The notes below the pieces were generated by a model. The model saw only the letters and a program-made list of their open reading frames with translations. It had not been told where the DNA came from and ran no database searches. The position numbers and the translations under genes were made by a program. A DNA stretch of 64,000 nt from Candidatus Omnitrophota bacterium (GTDB lineage: Bacteria; Omnitrophota; Gorgyraeia; Zapsychrales; Aceulaceae): positions 27,919 to 91,918 of the forward strand of contig JAKQPK010000019.1 of the NCBI GenBank assembly GCA_029564765.1. Direction: 5' to 3'. Of this stretch, positions 48,908-58,683 are shown in pieces (position 1 is the stretch's first letter; each line of letters opens with the position of its first letter).

Positions 48908-51274
48908 TTAAAATGATCGGCTAATGCTGAAATAAAATTTACCTGACCGCTCGTCTTCTCCGGGCTCATCATTCAACGGATACCCATAATCTAGATTGAT
49001 CGGACCGATAGGCGTTTTGACGCGCAAGCCAAGACCGGTACCGGATTTGAATCCTCCATTGCCAAAATCTCCGATCTTTGGCCACACATTTCCTGAGTCA
49101 AAAAAGATCGCGACCTTAATAAAATCAATAACAGGAATGATATACTCAATATTATTAACAAGCATGCTGTCGCCACCGATCGGATCTTTAGATGCCGGAT
49201 CTAAGGGCCCAACCTTGCGCTCGTTATATCCGCGGATAGTGTAGGCGCCGCCAGCGAAGAATCTTTCGTAGATCGGAACATAGCTAGAGTCTCCATAGGA
49301 ATCAACCACGCCTGCTCTTAAGCGATACTCCAAAACAGACCCACCAGCCAGAGGAATGTCATAACTGCCCTTTATCTTCAGGCGGTAAAAATCTTTATCT
49401 CCGCCTAAGGCCCCTCCCGCGAGATCAAAGGTACCACCCAACAGAAGGCCCTTGGTGGGGTTAAAAACATCATCGCGTGAATCATGGGTCAAACCAAAAC
49501 CCAAACTGCTGATCTTATTTTTCCCTCCCTCGCGTGTCAATTCGCTGCTCACGCCATCAGCAAAATTATCGATCTTGATCTCTTCTAGGCGATATATTGT
49601 ATTCGCCGAAAGATACTCGCTCAATTCTTTACCGAACCTCAGATCAAACCCTGTGCGCGCTTCATCATAAGCATAGCCAACATCTGATTCACGGCTAATA
49701 CGGCTACGATAAAGATCAAAACCGCCTGAGATCGGCATATCAAAGATCCATGGTTCTGTAAAGCTTAGGATCGCATTATTACGGATAGAGCCGACCTCGC
49801 CCCGAACTGTCAAGCTCTGGCCACCGCCAGTAAAGGAAGGCCAGTTAGTAAAATCAAAATTTTTTTGCTGGACCTCAATAAACCCGACTAGCTGATCGAC
49901 GGTACTGTATCCACCGCCAAAGCTTAAGCTTCCGGTCTTAGATTCCTTGACCTGAACAACAAGGTCTTTCTGATTAGGATATTGCGTATCCTGGATATCA
50001 TAATTGATCTCTTCAAAATATCCTAGATTCTTCAAGCGTTCTTTCGTGCGGCGCAACTTCGTCCCATCAAAGGTATCGCCAGGGTTCAAGCGAACTTCGC
50101 GACGGATGACAATATCTCTCGTGCGGCTATTTCCTTCTACCTTAACCTTGTTGACATAGGCGATCTCGCCTTCTTTGATATCAATGCGGACATCAACCTT
50201 ACCTGTCTGAGAATTGATCGACGTTGATTCCCTTGCATCAGCAAAAATATATCCTTTATCAAAATAAGCGGAGCTAATATCCGCGATATCTTTTTCAAGC
50301 TTCTCCTGAGTGAAAACTCCGCCCTCTTTTAATTCTTTAAATATCTTAAAAATCTCTTCTTTGGTCAGGATCTTCAGGTCCCCCTCAACCATTAAATTCC
50401 CAACGTAATAACGTTTCCCCTCGCTGATCTGAACATTCACGAGCAACCGCGAACGAGGAGCATTCTCAAGATCATAACGTGCTGTTGCGTCCAGGAATCC
50501 TTCGCTAGCGTAAAACGCTTTTAAACGCAGCATATCTTCCTCAAGAATGTCTTCTTTAAGATATCCCGAGTTAAAAATGCCATCTGGACGGGTTTTAATG
50601 ACCTTCATTAATCGTTTATACTTAAATGTTGTATTGCCAGCAAAATTGATCTTCTTGATCTTAACGCGCTCCCCTTCCTTGACGATATAGTGAAGCGTAG
50701 CCCCGTTATTCGCAGCATCTATCTCTGTATCGATTTCAACGGTCGCGTTCGTTAAGCCTTTCTTTGAATACAACTCTTTGATGATCCTCTCATCTTCTTT
50801 CAAATTGCGGCGATCAAAAAAGCGCCCCTTCTTGCTTTTGATCTTCAGCTCCAGGCTGCGCGCGCTATAATAACGCGTCTTGGAGAAAGTGATCTTTTTA
50901 ATGACAGGCTTTTCAGCCAAGTTGATCTTCACCCTTAGCCCACCTGTCACATTCTCTGCTTCGACGGTAATATCGGAAAAATATCCTGTATTATAAAGAC
51001 GCTTGATATCATCGCTGATAATGTTGGAAGAATAGGCGTCCCCAACACGCGTCTTGATCCTAGATAGGATCGTTGTCATGCCGATCGTTTTATTGCCTTG
51101 AATGTCGACCGCCTTCACGATCTTGCCTGACTCAGAATGAAAGGCTTCAGGCCTGAAGGCAGGGTCTTGGATCTCAGGAGCTTGCCCTTGGACTTGCGAA
51201 CTCTCTTCTTGGGCGATGCCAAATGAAACAAGACTCATCACAAATAAAGCTGCTAATACTATTCTTTTCATCAT
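48908..51274 (-). CDS. bamA: outer membrane protein assembly factor BamA
   Basis: Five POTRA domains plus C-terminal Omp85 beta-barrel. Start at MMKRIV, preceded by AAGGGAG SD (the ORF track extends 12 codons upstream). Confidence 0.9.
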   Translation of the reverse strand: MMKRIVLAALFVMSLVSFGIAQEESSQVQGQAPEIQDPAFRPEAFHSESGKIVKAVDIQGNKTIGMTTILSRIKTRVGDAYSSNIISDDIKRLYNTGYFSDITVEAENVTGGLRVKINLAEKPVIKKITFSKTRYYSARSLELKIKSKKGRFFDRRNLKEDERIIKELYSKKGLTNATVEIDTEIDAANNGATLHYIVKEGERVKIKKINFAGNTTFKYKRLMKVIKTRPDGIFNSGYLKEDILEEDMLRLKAFYASEGFLDATARYDLENAPRSRLLVNVQISEGKRYYVGNLMVEGDLKILTKEEIFKIFKELKEGGVFTQEKLEKDIADISSAYFDKGYIFADARESTSINSQTGKVDVRIDIKEGEIAYVNKVKVEGNSRTRDIVIRREVRLNPGDTFDGTKLRRTKERLKNLGYFEEINYDIQDTQYPNQKDLVVQVKESKTGSLSFGGGYSTVDQLVGFIEVQQKNFDFTNWPSFTGGGQSLTVRGEVGSIRNNAILSFTEPWIFDMPISGGFDLYRSRISRESDVGYAYDEARTGFDLRFGKELSEYLSANTIYRLEEIKIDNFADGVSSELTREGGKNKISSLGFGLTHDSRDDVFNPTKGLLLGGTFDLAGGALGGDKDFYRLKIKGSYDIPLAGGSVLEYRLRAGVVDSYGDSSYVPIYERFFAGGAYTIRGYNERKVGPLDPASKDPIGGDSMLVNNIEYIIPVIDFIKVAIFFDSGNVWPKIGDFGNGGFKSGTGLGLRVKTPIGPINLDYGYPLNDEPGEDERSGKFYFSISRSF

Positions 51275-51290
51275 TCTCTCCCTTAGTTGA

Positions 51291-52673
51291 TTATCCTTGA
51301 GATTGGGCAAGGTTCTCGAACTTCATATATTCTTTAATAAACGTCGTCTTAATGGTTCCTGTCGGCCCATTACGTTGCTTGGCGATAATAAGCTCAGCGA
51401 TACCTTTATTTTCTTCTGTCTGAAAATAATACTCTTCACGCATCAACAGAACAACCAAGTCTGCATCTTGTTCTATAGCCCCAGATTCACGTAGGTCAGA
51501 CAGCTGCGGACGATGGTCCTGACGGCTCTCAACAGCTCGAGATAACTGGCTAATGCCGATTACAGGAACGCGTAACTCTCGGGCAAGCGCTTTTAATGAT
51601 CGTGAAATATCTGAGATCTCCTGCTGACGGCTTTCCACGCGCTGTGTGCCACGCATCAGCTGCAGGTAATCCACGATCAATAATTGAACATCGTGGGCTG
51701 CTTTTAAGCGACGCGCCTTTGTGCGCAACTCTAGAACAGAGATCGCTGGTGTATCATCGATGAAGATCGGGGCTGCGGAAAGTTTGCCAGCGGCCGCTGT
51801 TAATTTGGGCCAATCAGAAGGGAGTAGATACCCTGTGCGCACATTGTGCGCATCGACGCGCGCGTGAGAGCATAACATGCGCTGAACGAGTTGTTCCTTA
51901 GACATTTCAAGACTGAAAACAGCAACGCCGATACGGTTCTGGACGGCGGCATGTTCAGCAACATTCATGACCCAAGCGCTTTTTCCCATCGACGGGCGTC
52001 CTGCGACGATCACGAGATCAGATCGCTGCAAACCAGATGTCATTTTGTCAAACTCAAAAAATCCTGTTGGAACGCCGGTGACATATTCTTTCTTTTGGTA
52101 AAGATTGTCTATCGTTTGGATCGTTTCCTTGATCAGCTCCTTGATGTGGACAGCTTTTTGACGTTCACGCGCTGTCGCGATCTGAAAGATCAACTGCTCC
52201 GCACCATCAACAAGCTCATCGATGTCAACGCCTGGCTGATAACTTTCGCTAAGGATCTGTGTTGCATTGCGGATTAGCTGACGTTGAATACTTTTTTCTT
52301 TCACGATCCCCGCGTAATATTCAACATTCGCGGCGGATGGGACGAGATCGATCAAAAGGGTTAGATAGCTAACGCCCCCGATGCTTTCCAAAAGCCCTTG
52401 CGACTTTAGCTCATCGGAAAGCGTGATGAGATCAACATTCTTCTGATCATTATACAGCTTTAAGATCGTCGCAAAGATCTTCTGATGGGCTGGAAAATAG
52501 AAAAAAGTTTCGTCCAAGATCTCAACAGCCATCCCGATCGCATCTTGATCAATGATCATGGATCCAAGGACAGATTTTTCAGCTTCCAGGTTCTGCGGAG
52601 CTACCTTGCCTTCATAGTTCGATAGCGCAGGATCCTTAGGCTTAAGCGCAACTTTTATTTCTTGGTCACCCAT
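51291..52673 (-). CDS. dnaB: replicative DNA helicase
   Basis: DnaB N-terminal domain, Walker A GRPSMGKS, RecA-like C-domain. Confidence 0.9.
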   Translation of the reverse strand: MGDQEIKVALKPKDPALSNYEGKVAPQNLEAEKSVLGSMIIDQDAIGMAVEILDETFFYFPAHQKIFATILKLYNDQKNVDLITLSDELKSQGLLESIGGVSYLTLLIDLVPSAANVEYYAGIVKEKSIQRQLIRNATQILSESYQPGVDIDELVDGAEQLIFQIATARERQKAVHIKELIKETIQTIDNLYQKKEYVTGVPTGFFEFDKMTSGLQRSDLVIVAGRPSMGKSAWVMNVAEHAAVQNRIGVAVFSLEMSKEQLVQRMLCSHARVDAHNVRTGYLLPSDWPKLTAAAGKLSAAPIFIDDTPAISVLELRTKARRLKAAHDVQLLIVDYLQLMRGTQRVESRQQEISDISRSLKALARELRVPVIGISQLSRAVESRQDHRPQLSDLRESGAIEQDADLVVLLMREEYYFQTEENKGIAELIIAKQRNGPTGTIKTTFIKEYMKFENLAQSQG

Positions 52674-53098
52674 ACTTTGATCTTCGCGATAACGTCCGAA
52701 TGCAGTTTAATACCAACCTCGAAAATACCAAGCTCTTCCAGCGGTTTCTCAACAACGATCATCTTTTTATCGATATCAAATCCTTCATCTTTAAGCGCCT
52801 TGACGATCTCCGCGTCGCTTACAGCGCCATAAAGCTTTTCTAGATCGTTGACCTCGACACTGATCGTACAAGAAACATTTGATAATTTCTTAGCAAACTC
52901 TTGTGCTTGCGCCTTCAGATTCTCTTGCTCGGCTTTTTGCTTCGCCTGGACCTTTTCAATGCGCTTTAAATTCTCAGGAGTTGCCGCATAAGCTTTCTTT
53001 TGAGGGATCAGGAAATTACGCGCAAATCCTTCCTTGACCGTGATCACATCGCCAACCTTGCCAACATTAGGGACATCTTGAGAGAGAATAACTTTCAT
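52655..53098 (-). CDS. rplI: 50S ribosomal protein L9
   Basis: MKVILSQDVPNVGKVGDVITVKEGFARNFLIP N-terminus. Confidence 0.9.
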   Translation of the reverse strand: MKVILSQDVPNVGKVGDVITVKEGFARNFLIPQKKAYAATPENLKRIEKVQAKQKAEQENLKAQAQEFAKKLSNVSCTISVEVNDLEKLYGAVSDAEIVKALKDEGFDIDKKMIVVEKPLEELGIFEVGIKLHSDVIAKIKVWVTKK

Positions 53099-53101
53099 GG
53101 A

Positions 53102-53371
53102 TCAAAACCTCTTTCCTGAGTTGCCTACAGAAAGCAATGATAAATACTTTGCCCTCTTGACTGCCTGGGTTAATTCGCGCTGTTGCCGTGAAGTTGCTCC
53201 TGTGAAGCGCTGAGAGAGAATGCGCCCGCTGGGTGTTGTTAACTTATGTAATAGCTCTAGATTCTTATAATCGATCCTTATGTCCGCGGAAGTCAATACC
53301 TTAGCACGCGGCCTTCTAATTCTTTCTTTCTTATCCCTGCCCTTGCGATCTTTCTTTTCTGATTTTCTCAT
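53102..53371 (-). CDS. rpsR: 30S ribosomal protein S18
   Basis: [48 protein letters not shown]. Start taken at the ATG with AAAGGA SD (the ORF track extends 13 codons upstream, overlapping ssb). Confidence 0.85.
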   Translation of the reverse strand: MRKSEKKDRKGRDKKERIRRPRAKVLTSADIRIDYKNLELLHKLTTPSGRILSQRFTGATSRQQRELTQAVKRAKYLSLLSVGNSGKRF

Positions 53372-53387
53372 GACATTATCCTTTATG

Positions 53388-53819
53388 TTAAGCAACGTTT
53401 TCTTCTTCATCCCAAGAAATATTCTCAGGCTTTACTTGATCATCGACGGCAACTCCATCAACCTCTGCCAATTTTGCGCCCGAATCTTTTGCTGAACCTA
53501 AAAATTGAACACGCTCGGCGCGCACTTCGATCGTGCTGCGCTTTTGGCCATTAGCTTCCCAAGACCTTGATTGAAGGGTTCCTTCAACAAAAATAGGGCT
53601 TCCTTTCTTAAGGTATTGGTTGCAGGCCTCCGCTTGTTTATCCCAAGCTGTAACCGTTAAAAAACACGTTTCTTCTTTAAGCTCCCCAGAAGCGCGGTCA
53701 CGAAAACGACGATTCACAGCAATGCGTAAATTCACGACCCCAATACCGTTGGGAGTGTAACGCAGCTCTGGGTCCTTTGTAAGATTTCCTATTAAAAAAA
53801 CTTTATTCAAGCTCGCCAT
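53388..53819 (-). CDS. ssb: single-stranded DNA-binding protein
   Basis: OB-fold [25 protein letters not shown]... with acidic C-terminal tail. Confidence 0.85.
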   Translation of the reverse strand: MASLNKVFLIGNLTKDPELRYTPNGIGVVNLRIAVNRRFRDRASGELKEETCFLTVTAWDKQAEACNQYLKKGSPIFVEGTLQSRSWEANGQKRSTIEVRAERVQFLGSAKDSGAKLAEVDGVAVDDQVKPENISWDEEENVA

Positions 53820-53837
53820 AAATCCTCTCCTTCGCCG

Positions 53838-54125
53838 TTATTCAGTAACCGTGATCAAAGAACGTAAGACATCCTCGTTCAAAGCTAATGCTTGTCTGAT
53901 CTTCGCGATCGCGTCTGCTGCCGCTTCCATATTCAACAGATAATAAGTCCCTTCCGTGCGCCGCTTGATCTTGAATATAAACTTTTGTTTCACTAGCCAG
54001 ACTTGGTTGTTGATCACTTTTCCACCAGCTTTCGCGATAGCGTCTGTGACCTTCTTGATGATGGCGTCTTTTTCATCCTTGCTCAGCTGCCCATCAACAA
54101 TGATCGCAATTTCATACTTTTTCAT
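53838..54125 (-). CDS. rpsF: 30S ribosomal protein S6
   Basis: MKKYEIAIIV... S6 fold. rpsF-ssb-rpsR-rplI order conserved. Confidence 0.85.
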   Translation of the reverse strand: MKKYEIAIIVDGQLSKDEKDAIIKKVTDAIAKAGGKVINNQVWLVKQKFIFKIKRRTEGTYYLLNMEAAADAIAKIRQALALNEDVLRSLITVTE

Positions 54126-54721
54126 TGTATTGTTTCCTCTTTCTTGGTCTTTTTGTTAAACTCGGCCATGGTGTGGCTTATTCCCGATACTAAAAATGAT
54201 CGACAGCCGTTGGCTGCGCGATCAATAATTTTAATGAGTTGTTTTTTTTCCGATGCTTTAAATTCTGATAATACAAAATCTGTAACCTGATCTTTGCTTT
54301 TTGGGCTGCCTATGCCGAGTCGCAACCGTGAAATCTCTGAAGTCCCAAGCTGCTCGACAACAGAGGATAGTCCGTTATGTCCTCCGGCACTACCTTTGGC
54401 GCGAAAGCGTAATTCCCCAAAAGCAAGCTGAAAGTCATCGCACACGATCAATATATTTTCATGCGCGATCTTCTTTTCAGTAACAAAAGCTTTGACGGCT
54501 ACCCCTGAAACATTCATATAGGTCGTTGGCAAAAGAAGATAGACTTTTTTTTCATCGACCACGCCTTGTGCTAAGAGGCCATGATATTTACTGCTGCGCA
54601 CAAAATCCATATGAAAAAGATCAGCAAAATGTCGCGCGATCAAAAAACCCGCATTGTGCCTTGTCCATGTATATTCTTTGCCGGGATTGCCCAGCCCTAC
54701 TAGAAGATAATCGCGCAACAA
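54122..54721 (-). CDS. pth: peptidyl-tRNA hydrolase
   Basis: LLVGLGNPGKEY...HNAGF motif. Confidence 0.9.
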   Translation of the reverse strand: MLRDYLLVGLGNPGKEYTWTRHNAGFLIARHFADLFHMDFVRSSKYHGLLAQGVVDEKKVYLLLPTTYMNVSGVAVKAFVTEKKIAHENILIVCDDFQLAFGELRFRAKGSAGGHNGLSSVVEQLGTSEISRLRLGIGSPKSKDQVTDFVLSEFKASEKKQLIKIIDRAANGCRSFLVSGISHTMAEFNKKTKKEETIQ

Positions 54722-54738
54722 TGAACAAACCTTTGATA

Positions 54739-55437
54739 TTATCCTTTAGTTTCTTTGGCTTTCGCAGCTGCTTGACCTTCAGCAGCAGGCTCTTCCTTCT
54801 TCTTCTCTTTAGTGACCTCAGGCTCTTTTGCCGTTTGCTCTTCCGCTGCCGTCGCTTCTACTTCTTTCATCGGCGGCACAACGGTCACGACAACAGCGTC
54901 AGGGTCATGGTGCGCAACGACACCTTCTGGCAACTTCAGATCCCTGACAAAGACCGCTTGATTGATCTCCAAATGTGAAACGTCAACATCAATATGTTGC
55001 GGAATCTGTGTCGGCAAGCAAACGATCTTTAATTCCCACAGTTGATGATCAACAGACCCACCATCCTTCTTGACGCCGACAGGCTCACCCTGAACAGCAA
55101 TAGGAACCTTGACCTCGATCTTTTCCGTTAAAGAAATACGCGCAAAGTCAATATGCGCGATCGCGCTGCTCACGGGGTTATGCTGCGTCTCTTTGATGAC
55201 CGCAGGAAAATCTTGGAGCTTCTTTTCTTGATCAAGCACAGTGATGTGGAAAATAATGCTTTCCCCGCGATGCCCACGGGTCACGCGCTCAAAACTTCTT
55301 CGATCAACAGACACTGTTACCGGCTTCTGCTTTCCGCCATAAACAATGGCCGGGATCCCATCGGATCTGCGTACTTTTTTTGAGCCTGATTTCCCTAGCT
55401 CGGCTCGAAGCTGAACATCCAATTTAATTTCTTCCAT
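54739..55437 (-). CDS. rplY: 50S ribosomal protein L25 / general stress protein Ctc
   Basis: L25 beta-barrel N-domain plus Ctc-type C-domain and E/K-rich tail. Position upstream of pth. Confidence 0.85.
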   Translation of the reverse strand: MEEIKLDVQLRAELGKSGSKKVRRSDGIPAIVYGGKQKPVTVSVDRRSFERVTRGHRGESIIFHITVLDQEKKLQDFPAVIKETQHNPVSSAIAHIDFARISLTEKIEVKVPIAVQGEPVGVKKDGGSVDHQLWELKIVCLPTQIPQHIDVDVSHLEINQAVFVRDLKLPEGVVAHHDPDAVVVTVVPPMKEVEATAAEEQTAKEPEVTKEKKKEEPAAEGQAAAKAKETKG

Positions 55438-55488
55438 TTTACCTTATAACCTGCTTTCTTGTTATGATTGTTTCATCTTTTTAATATC

Positions 55489-56427
55489 TTAAAAAAACAA
55501 ACAGCTAATCGACTTCTCATCATGAATACGCTTGATCGCTTCCGCCAGCAAAGGAGCGATGCTTAAAGTTTGAACTTTGGGATTTTTTTCAGGATCTGGC
55601 AAGGGAATACTGTTCGTGATAACAACTTCTTTGAGGGATTTGGAATTTTGGATCTTGACAAGCGCGTCCCCTGAAAGCACGCCATGGCTGACCGCCGCGT
55701 AAACATCACGGGCTCCACGACGTTTTAGCTCTTCGATCGCTTCCATCAAGGAACTGCCGGTCGCAATAATATCGTCCACAAGAACGACATTTTTATCTTT
55801 GACTTCACCTAAAATATGCATGACCTCTGTTTTTTCTGGGCTATCGCGTCTTTTATCAACGATCGCGAGGCCTGCGGAAAGTTTTCTGGCGTAAGCTCTC
55901 GCCATGCGGATACCGCCCACGTCTGGAGAAACGATCACTAAATCTTTAAATTGTTTATCAAGAAAATATTCGCAGATCGTGTTGATCGCGTACAAATGGT
56001 CAACAGGAATATCGAAAAAACCCTGGATCTGGCTCGCGTGCAAGTCCATAGTCAAAACACGGCTCGCCCCAGCAGAAGTAATAAGATTCGCAACAAGCTT
56101 TGCCGTGATCGGAACACGTGGCTGATCTTTGCGATCTTGACGGGCATATCCATAATATGGGATAACGGCTGTTACACGCCTTGCGGATGCCCGCTTCACA
56201 GCATCGATCAAGATCAGAAGTTCCATGAAATTATCATTAACTGGACGACATGTTGACTGAACAATAAAAACATCCTTACCGCGGACATTGCCCTCAACCT
56301 TAACACGGATCTCTCCCTCGCTAAAACGGCTTACAAGAGCTTCGGTCAGATTAATACCTAGCTGATCACAAATTTCTGTAGCTAACTTTGGATTTGCATT
56401 ACCGGTAATGATAGATATTTCGCTCAT
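55489..56427 (-). CDS. prs: ribose-phosphate pyrophosphokinase
   Basis: PRPP-binding motif VLVDDIIATGSS. Confidence 0.9.
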   Translation of the reverse strand: MSEISIITGNANPKLATEICDQLGINLTEALVSRFSEGEIRVKVEGNVRGKDVFIVQSTCRPVNDNFMELLILIDAVKRASARRVTAVIPYYGYARQDRKDQPRVPITAKLVANLITSAGASRVLTMDLHASQIQGFFDIPVDHLYAINTICEYFLDKQFKDLVIVSPDVGGIRMARAYARKLSAGLAIVDKRRDSPEKTEVMHILGEVKDKNVVLVDDIIATGSSLMEAIEELKRRGARDVYAAVSHGVLSGDALVKIQNSKSLKEVVITNSIPLPDPEKNPKVQTLSIAPLLAEAIKRIHDEKSISCLFF

Positions 56428-57683
56428 AATGCTTTCTTTCTTTTGATAATTTTTCCAGGAACGCCGACAACGACCTGACCCTTAAGGATCCTTTGGCCCT
56501 TGGTAACAACGCACCCAGCCCCTGTCAAAGCGCTAGCCCCGATGCTGACTGGGGCCACCAAGATCGAGTCCGACCCAATAAATGCTCCATTGGCAATTGT
56601 GGTCTTATTTTTGTTTTTGCCATCATAGTTGGCTGTCACGACACCAGCGCCAATATTCACATTTTTTCCAATAGTCGCATCCCCAATAAAGCTAAAATGC
56701 TTCATCAAACTTTTTTCTCCAAGAGTTGACCGAGAGATCTCAGCAAAATTGCCGACCTGTGCATCATCTTTGATGCGCGTTCTTGGGCGCACATGGCAAA
56801 ACGGCCCTATGAAACATCGCTTTCCAATGACAACATCTTTCTCAATGACCGTGCACGGACGGATCACGCTATCGCGTCCGATCTTCGCTCCTGCGTCAAT
56901 ATACGTCGTAGACGGATCAACAATGCTGACCCCATCCGCCATAAATTTCTCCAGAATACGTTGGCGCATGATCGCATCAGCCGCAGATAGATCTTTTCGC
57001 GTGTTAATTCCCAACCCCTCGCGTGCATCGGACAATCTACTGGCAGCAACTATTTTCCCATCTCTTTTCAAAATAGCGATAATGTCCGTAAGATAATACT
57101 CTTTTTTCTTTTTATTCAACGCTATTCGGCTCAGTCCCAACGACAAGTCTTTAGCGCGAAAACAATAAACACCTGTATTGATCTCCTGGATATCCTTTTC
57201 TTGAGGGCTTGCGTCTTTTTCCTCGCGGATCGCGACCACCTGCCCCTTATCATCGCGAACGATACGGCCATACTGCGCCGCGTCAGGAACAATAGCTGTC
57301 AAAATAGTGCAGGCAGCCCTCTGTTTACGATGCATCGTCAATAGACGCTTGACGCTTTCTTTCTTTAAAAGCGGTGTGTCCGCGCATACGATGACCACAT
57401 CGCCTGAATACTTCTTGAGCTCAGGGACAACGGCACGGATCGCGTCAGCAGTACCCAAAAGTTTCTTTTGATGAACAATCTTAACGCGATGGTCAAGATG
57501 ACAGCAAAGCTTCTGTGCTTGATGCCCAACGACAACATAGATCAAAGAACTGATCTCTCTGGCCATGCCTAAAACATGATCTACCATTGGCTGGCCGCAG
57601 ACAGGATGCAAAACCTTTGGCAAGTCGGATCGCATCCGCGTGCCTTTTCCCGCTGCTAAAACGATCGTTCGCACTTGCTCCAT
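56424..57683 (-). CDS. glmU: bifunctional UDP-GlcNAc pyrophosphorylase / GlcN-1-P N-acetyltransferase
   Basis: N-terminal LAAGKGTRM nucleotidyltransferase plus C-terminal hexapeptide acetyltransferase. Confidence 0.9.
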   Translation of the reverse strand: MEQVRTIVLAAGKGTRMRSDLPKVLHPVCGQPMVDHVLGMAREISSLIYVVVGHQAQKLCCHLDHRVKIVHQKKLLGTADAIRAVVPELKKYSGDVVIVCADTPLLKKESVKRLLTMHRKQRAACTILTAIVPDAAQYGRIVRDDKGQVVAIREEKDASPQEKDIQEINTGVYCFRAKDLSLGLSRIALNKKKKEYYLTDIIAILKRDGKIVAASRLSDAREGLGINTRKDLSAADAIMRQRILEKFMADGVSIVDPSTTYIDAGAKIGRDSVIRPCTVIEKDVVIGKRCFIGPFCHVRPRTRIKDDAQVGNFAEISRSTLGEKSLMKHFSFIGDATIGKNVNIGAGVVTANYDGKNKNKTTIANGAFIGSDSILVAPVSIGASALTGAGCVVTKGQRILKGQVVVGVPGKIIKRKKAL

Positions 57684-57694
57684 AACTTACTTTC

Positions 57695-58081
57695 TTATGC
57701 TGCCTTTAAAACAAGTCTTGCTGTATAAAATCCAAAAAAAACTGCCATCAGTCCTAAAAAATTTGTCGCTACGATATTCACTGCTGCGGCCCTCAATTCG
57801 CCATCGCGCAAAAGACCAAGGTTCTCCAAAGCAAAACTTGAGAATGTCGTATAGCCACCTAACAGGCCAATAAAAATGAACAGTCGAGCACCTGTGGCGA
57901 TATTGATCTTCTCGCAAAGTCCCCACAAAAAACCAATGGCCAAAGATCCCGTTATGTTCACCATCAAAGTGCCAATGGGAAAGATCCCTTGAGAAAAACG
58001 GTGATCTATATTGGAAACCATATAACGTAATATGGTTCCTATCCCCCCGCCAAATCCGATCCAAAGAATTTTCGCCATCAT
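57695..58081 (-). CDS. crcB: fluoride ion channel CrcB/Fluc
   Basis: GFGGGIGTILRY and LxVNITGSLAIGFL motifs. Start set at MMAKILW, preceded by GAGGAGGG SD (the ORF track starts 10 codons upstream). Confidence 0.8.
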   Translation of the reverse strand: MMAKILWIGFGGGIGTILRYMVSNIDHRFSQGIFPIGTLMVNITGSLAIGFLWGLCEKINIATGARLFIFIGLLGGYTTFSSFALENLGLLRDGELRAAAVNIVATNFLGLMAVFFGFYTARLVLKAA

Positions 58082-58157
58082 AATTAACCCTCCTCTTGCT
58101 GTAGGAGTCATCAGCCCTTCAAGGACGGTTAACGGCGAACTCCATCACCAGATCAAG

Positions 58158-58228
58158 CTGCCCAGCCAGGACTCGAACCTGGAAAAGCAGATCCAAATTC
58201 TGCTGTGTTACCATTACACCACCGGGCA
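58158..58228 (-). tRNA. tRNA-Gln (anticodon TTG)
   Basis: Manual cloverleaf fold on the minus strand. Acceptor TGCCCGG/CTGGGCA with U1-A72 and discriminator G73. D-arm GTGT-AATGGTA-ACAC, anticodon stem GCAGA/TCTGC, loop ATTTGGA (anticodon UUG). T-arm CCAGG-TTCGAGT-CCTGG. 71 nt, no encoded CCA. Coordinates +/-1. Confidence 0.75.
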
Positions 58229-58234
58229 ATATTC

Positions 58235-58657
58235 TTATAAAACGTCATCATCAGCCAAGTCGCCAGGCTCATGAGGCGATGATTCGCCTTTGGCTACTTG
58301 TTGCTCGTACGCTTCTAAAACTTTATTTTGCAGATATTCCCTGAATTCTTTTGTGACAGGATGCGCGATATCACGGTGGTCCGCCTTAGCATCTCGAGGC
58401 TGCTTGAGGGCGTCCTGAGCTGGAAGCTTTGCCCCGCAATGACTACAAAATTTCGATCCTGCGTCGTTCTTGAAATTACATTTCGGACAACTAAACTTCA
58501 TTTTCCTCGACGGCATCGCCATGAAAGAACCGTTGGCGGAATTGATCACCTTAATGTTACGCACAACAAAGCAATGATCGAACGTGACCGTCGCATAGGC
58601 TTTAAGCTTCTTATCCTGACCGTCTTTTAGAAATACTCGGATCTCTGTGATTTCCAT
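58235..58657 (-). CDS. spoVG: SpoVG-family protein with a ~40-aa zinc-ribbon insertion
   Basis: MEITEIRVFL...TVTFDHCFVVRNIKVI...FMAMPSRK and RDIAHPVTKEFREYL match SpoVG. The segment CPKCNFKNDAGSKFCSHCG (C-x2-C...C-x2-C) is inserted in the loop. Confidence 0.8.
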   Translation of the reverse strand: MEITEIRVFLKDGQDKKLKAYATVTFDHCFVVRNIKVINSANGSFMAMPSRKMKFSCPKCNFKNDAGSKFCSHCGAKLPAQDALKQPRDAKADHRDIAHPVTKEFREYLQNKVLEAYEQQVAKGESSPHEPGDLADDDVL

Positions 58658-58683
58658 AAGCTGCGCTCCTTGTTGATTGTCCC

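Noticed and set aside
58031-58141. One-nucleotide inconsistency between the printed sequence and the ORF-track coordinates (atg of the plus ORF at 58031 vs track 58032; 'gaact tcc' vs implied 'gaactcc').
   Set aside because: Most likely a transcription or reading artefact on my side, not biology. I used track coordinates for CDS ends and flagged +/-1 nt uncertainty for the tRNA.
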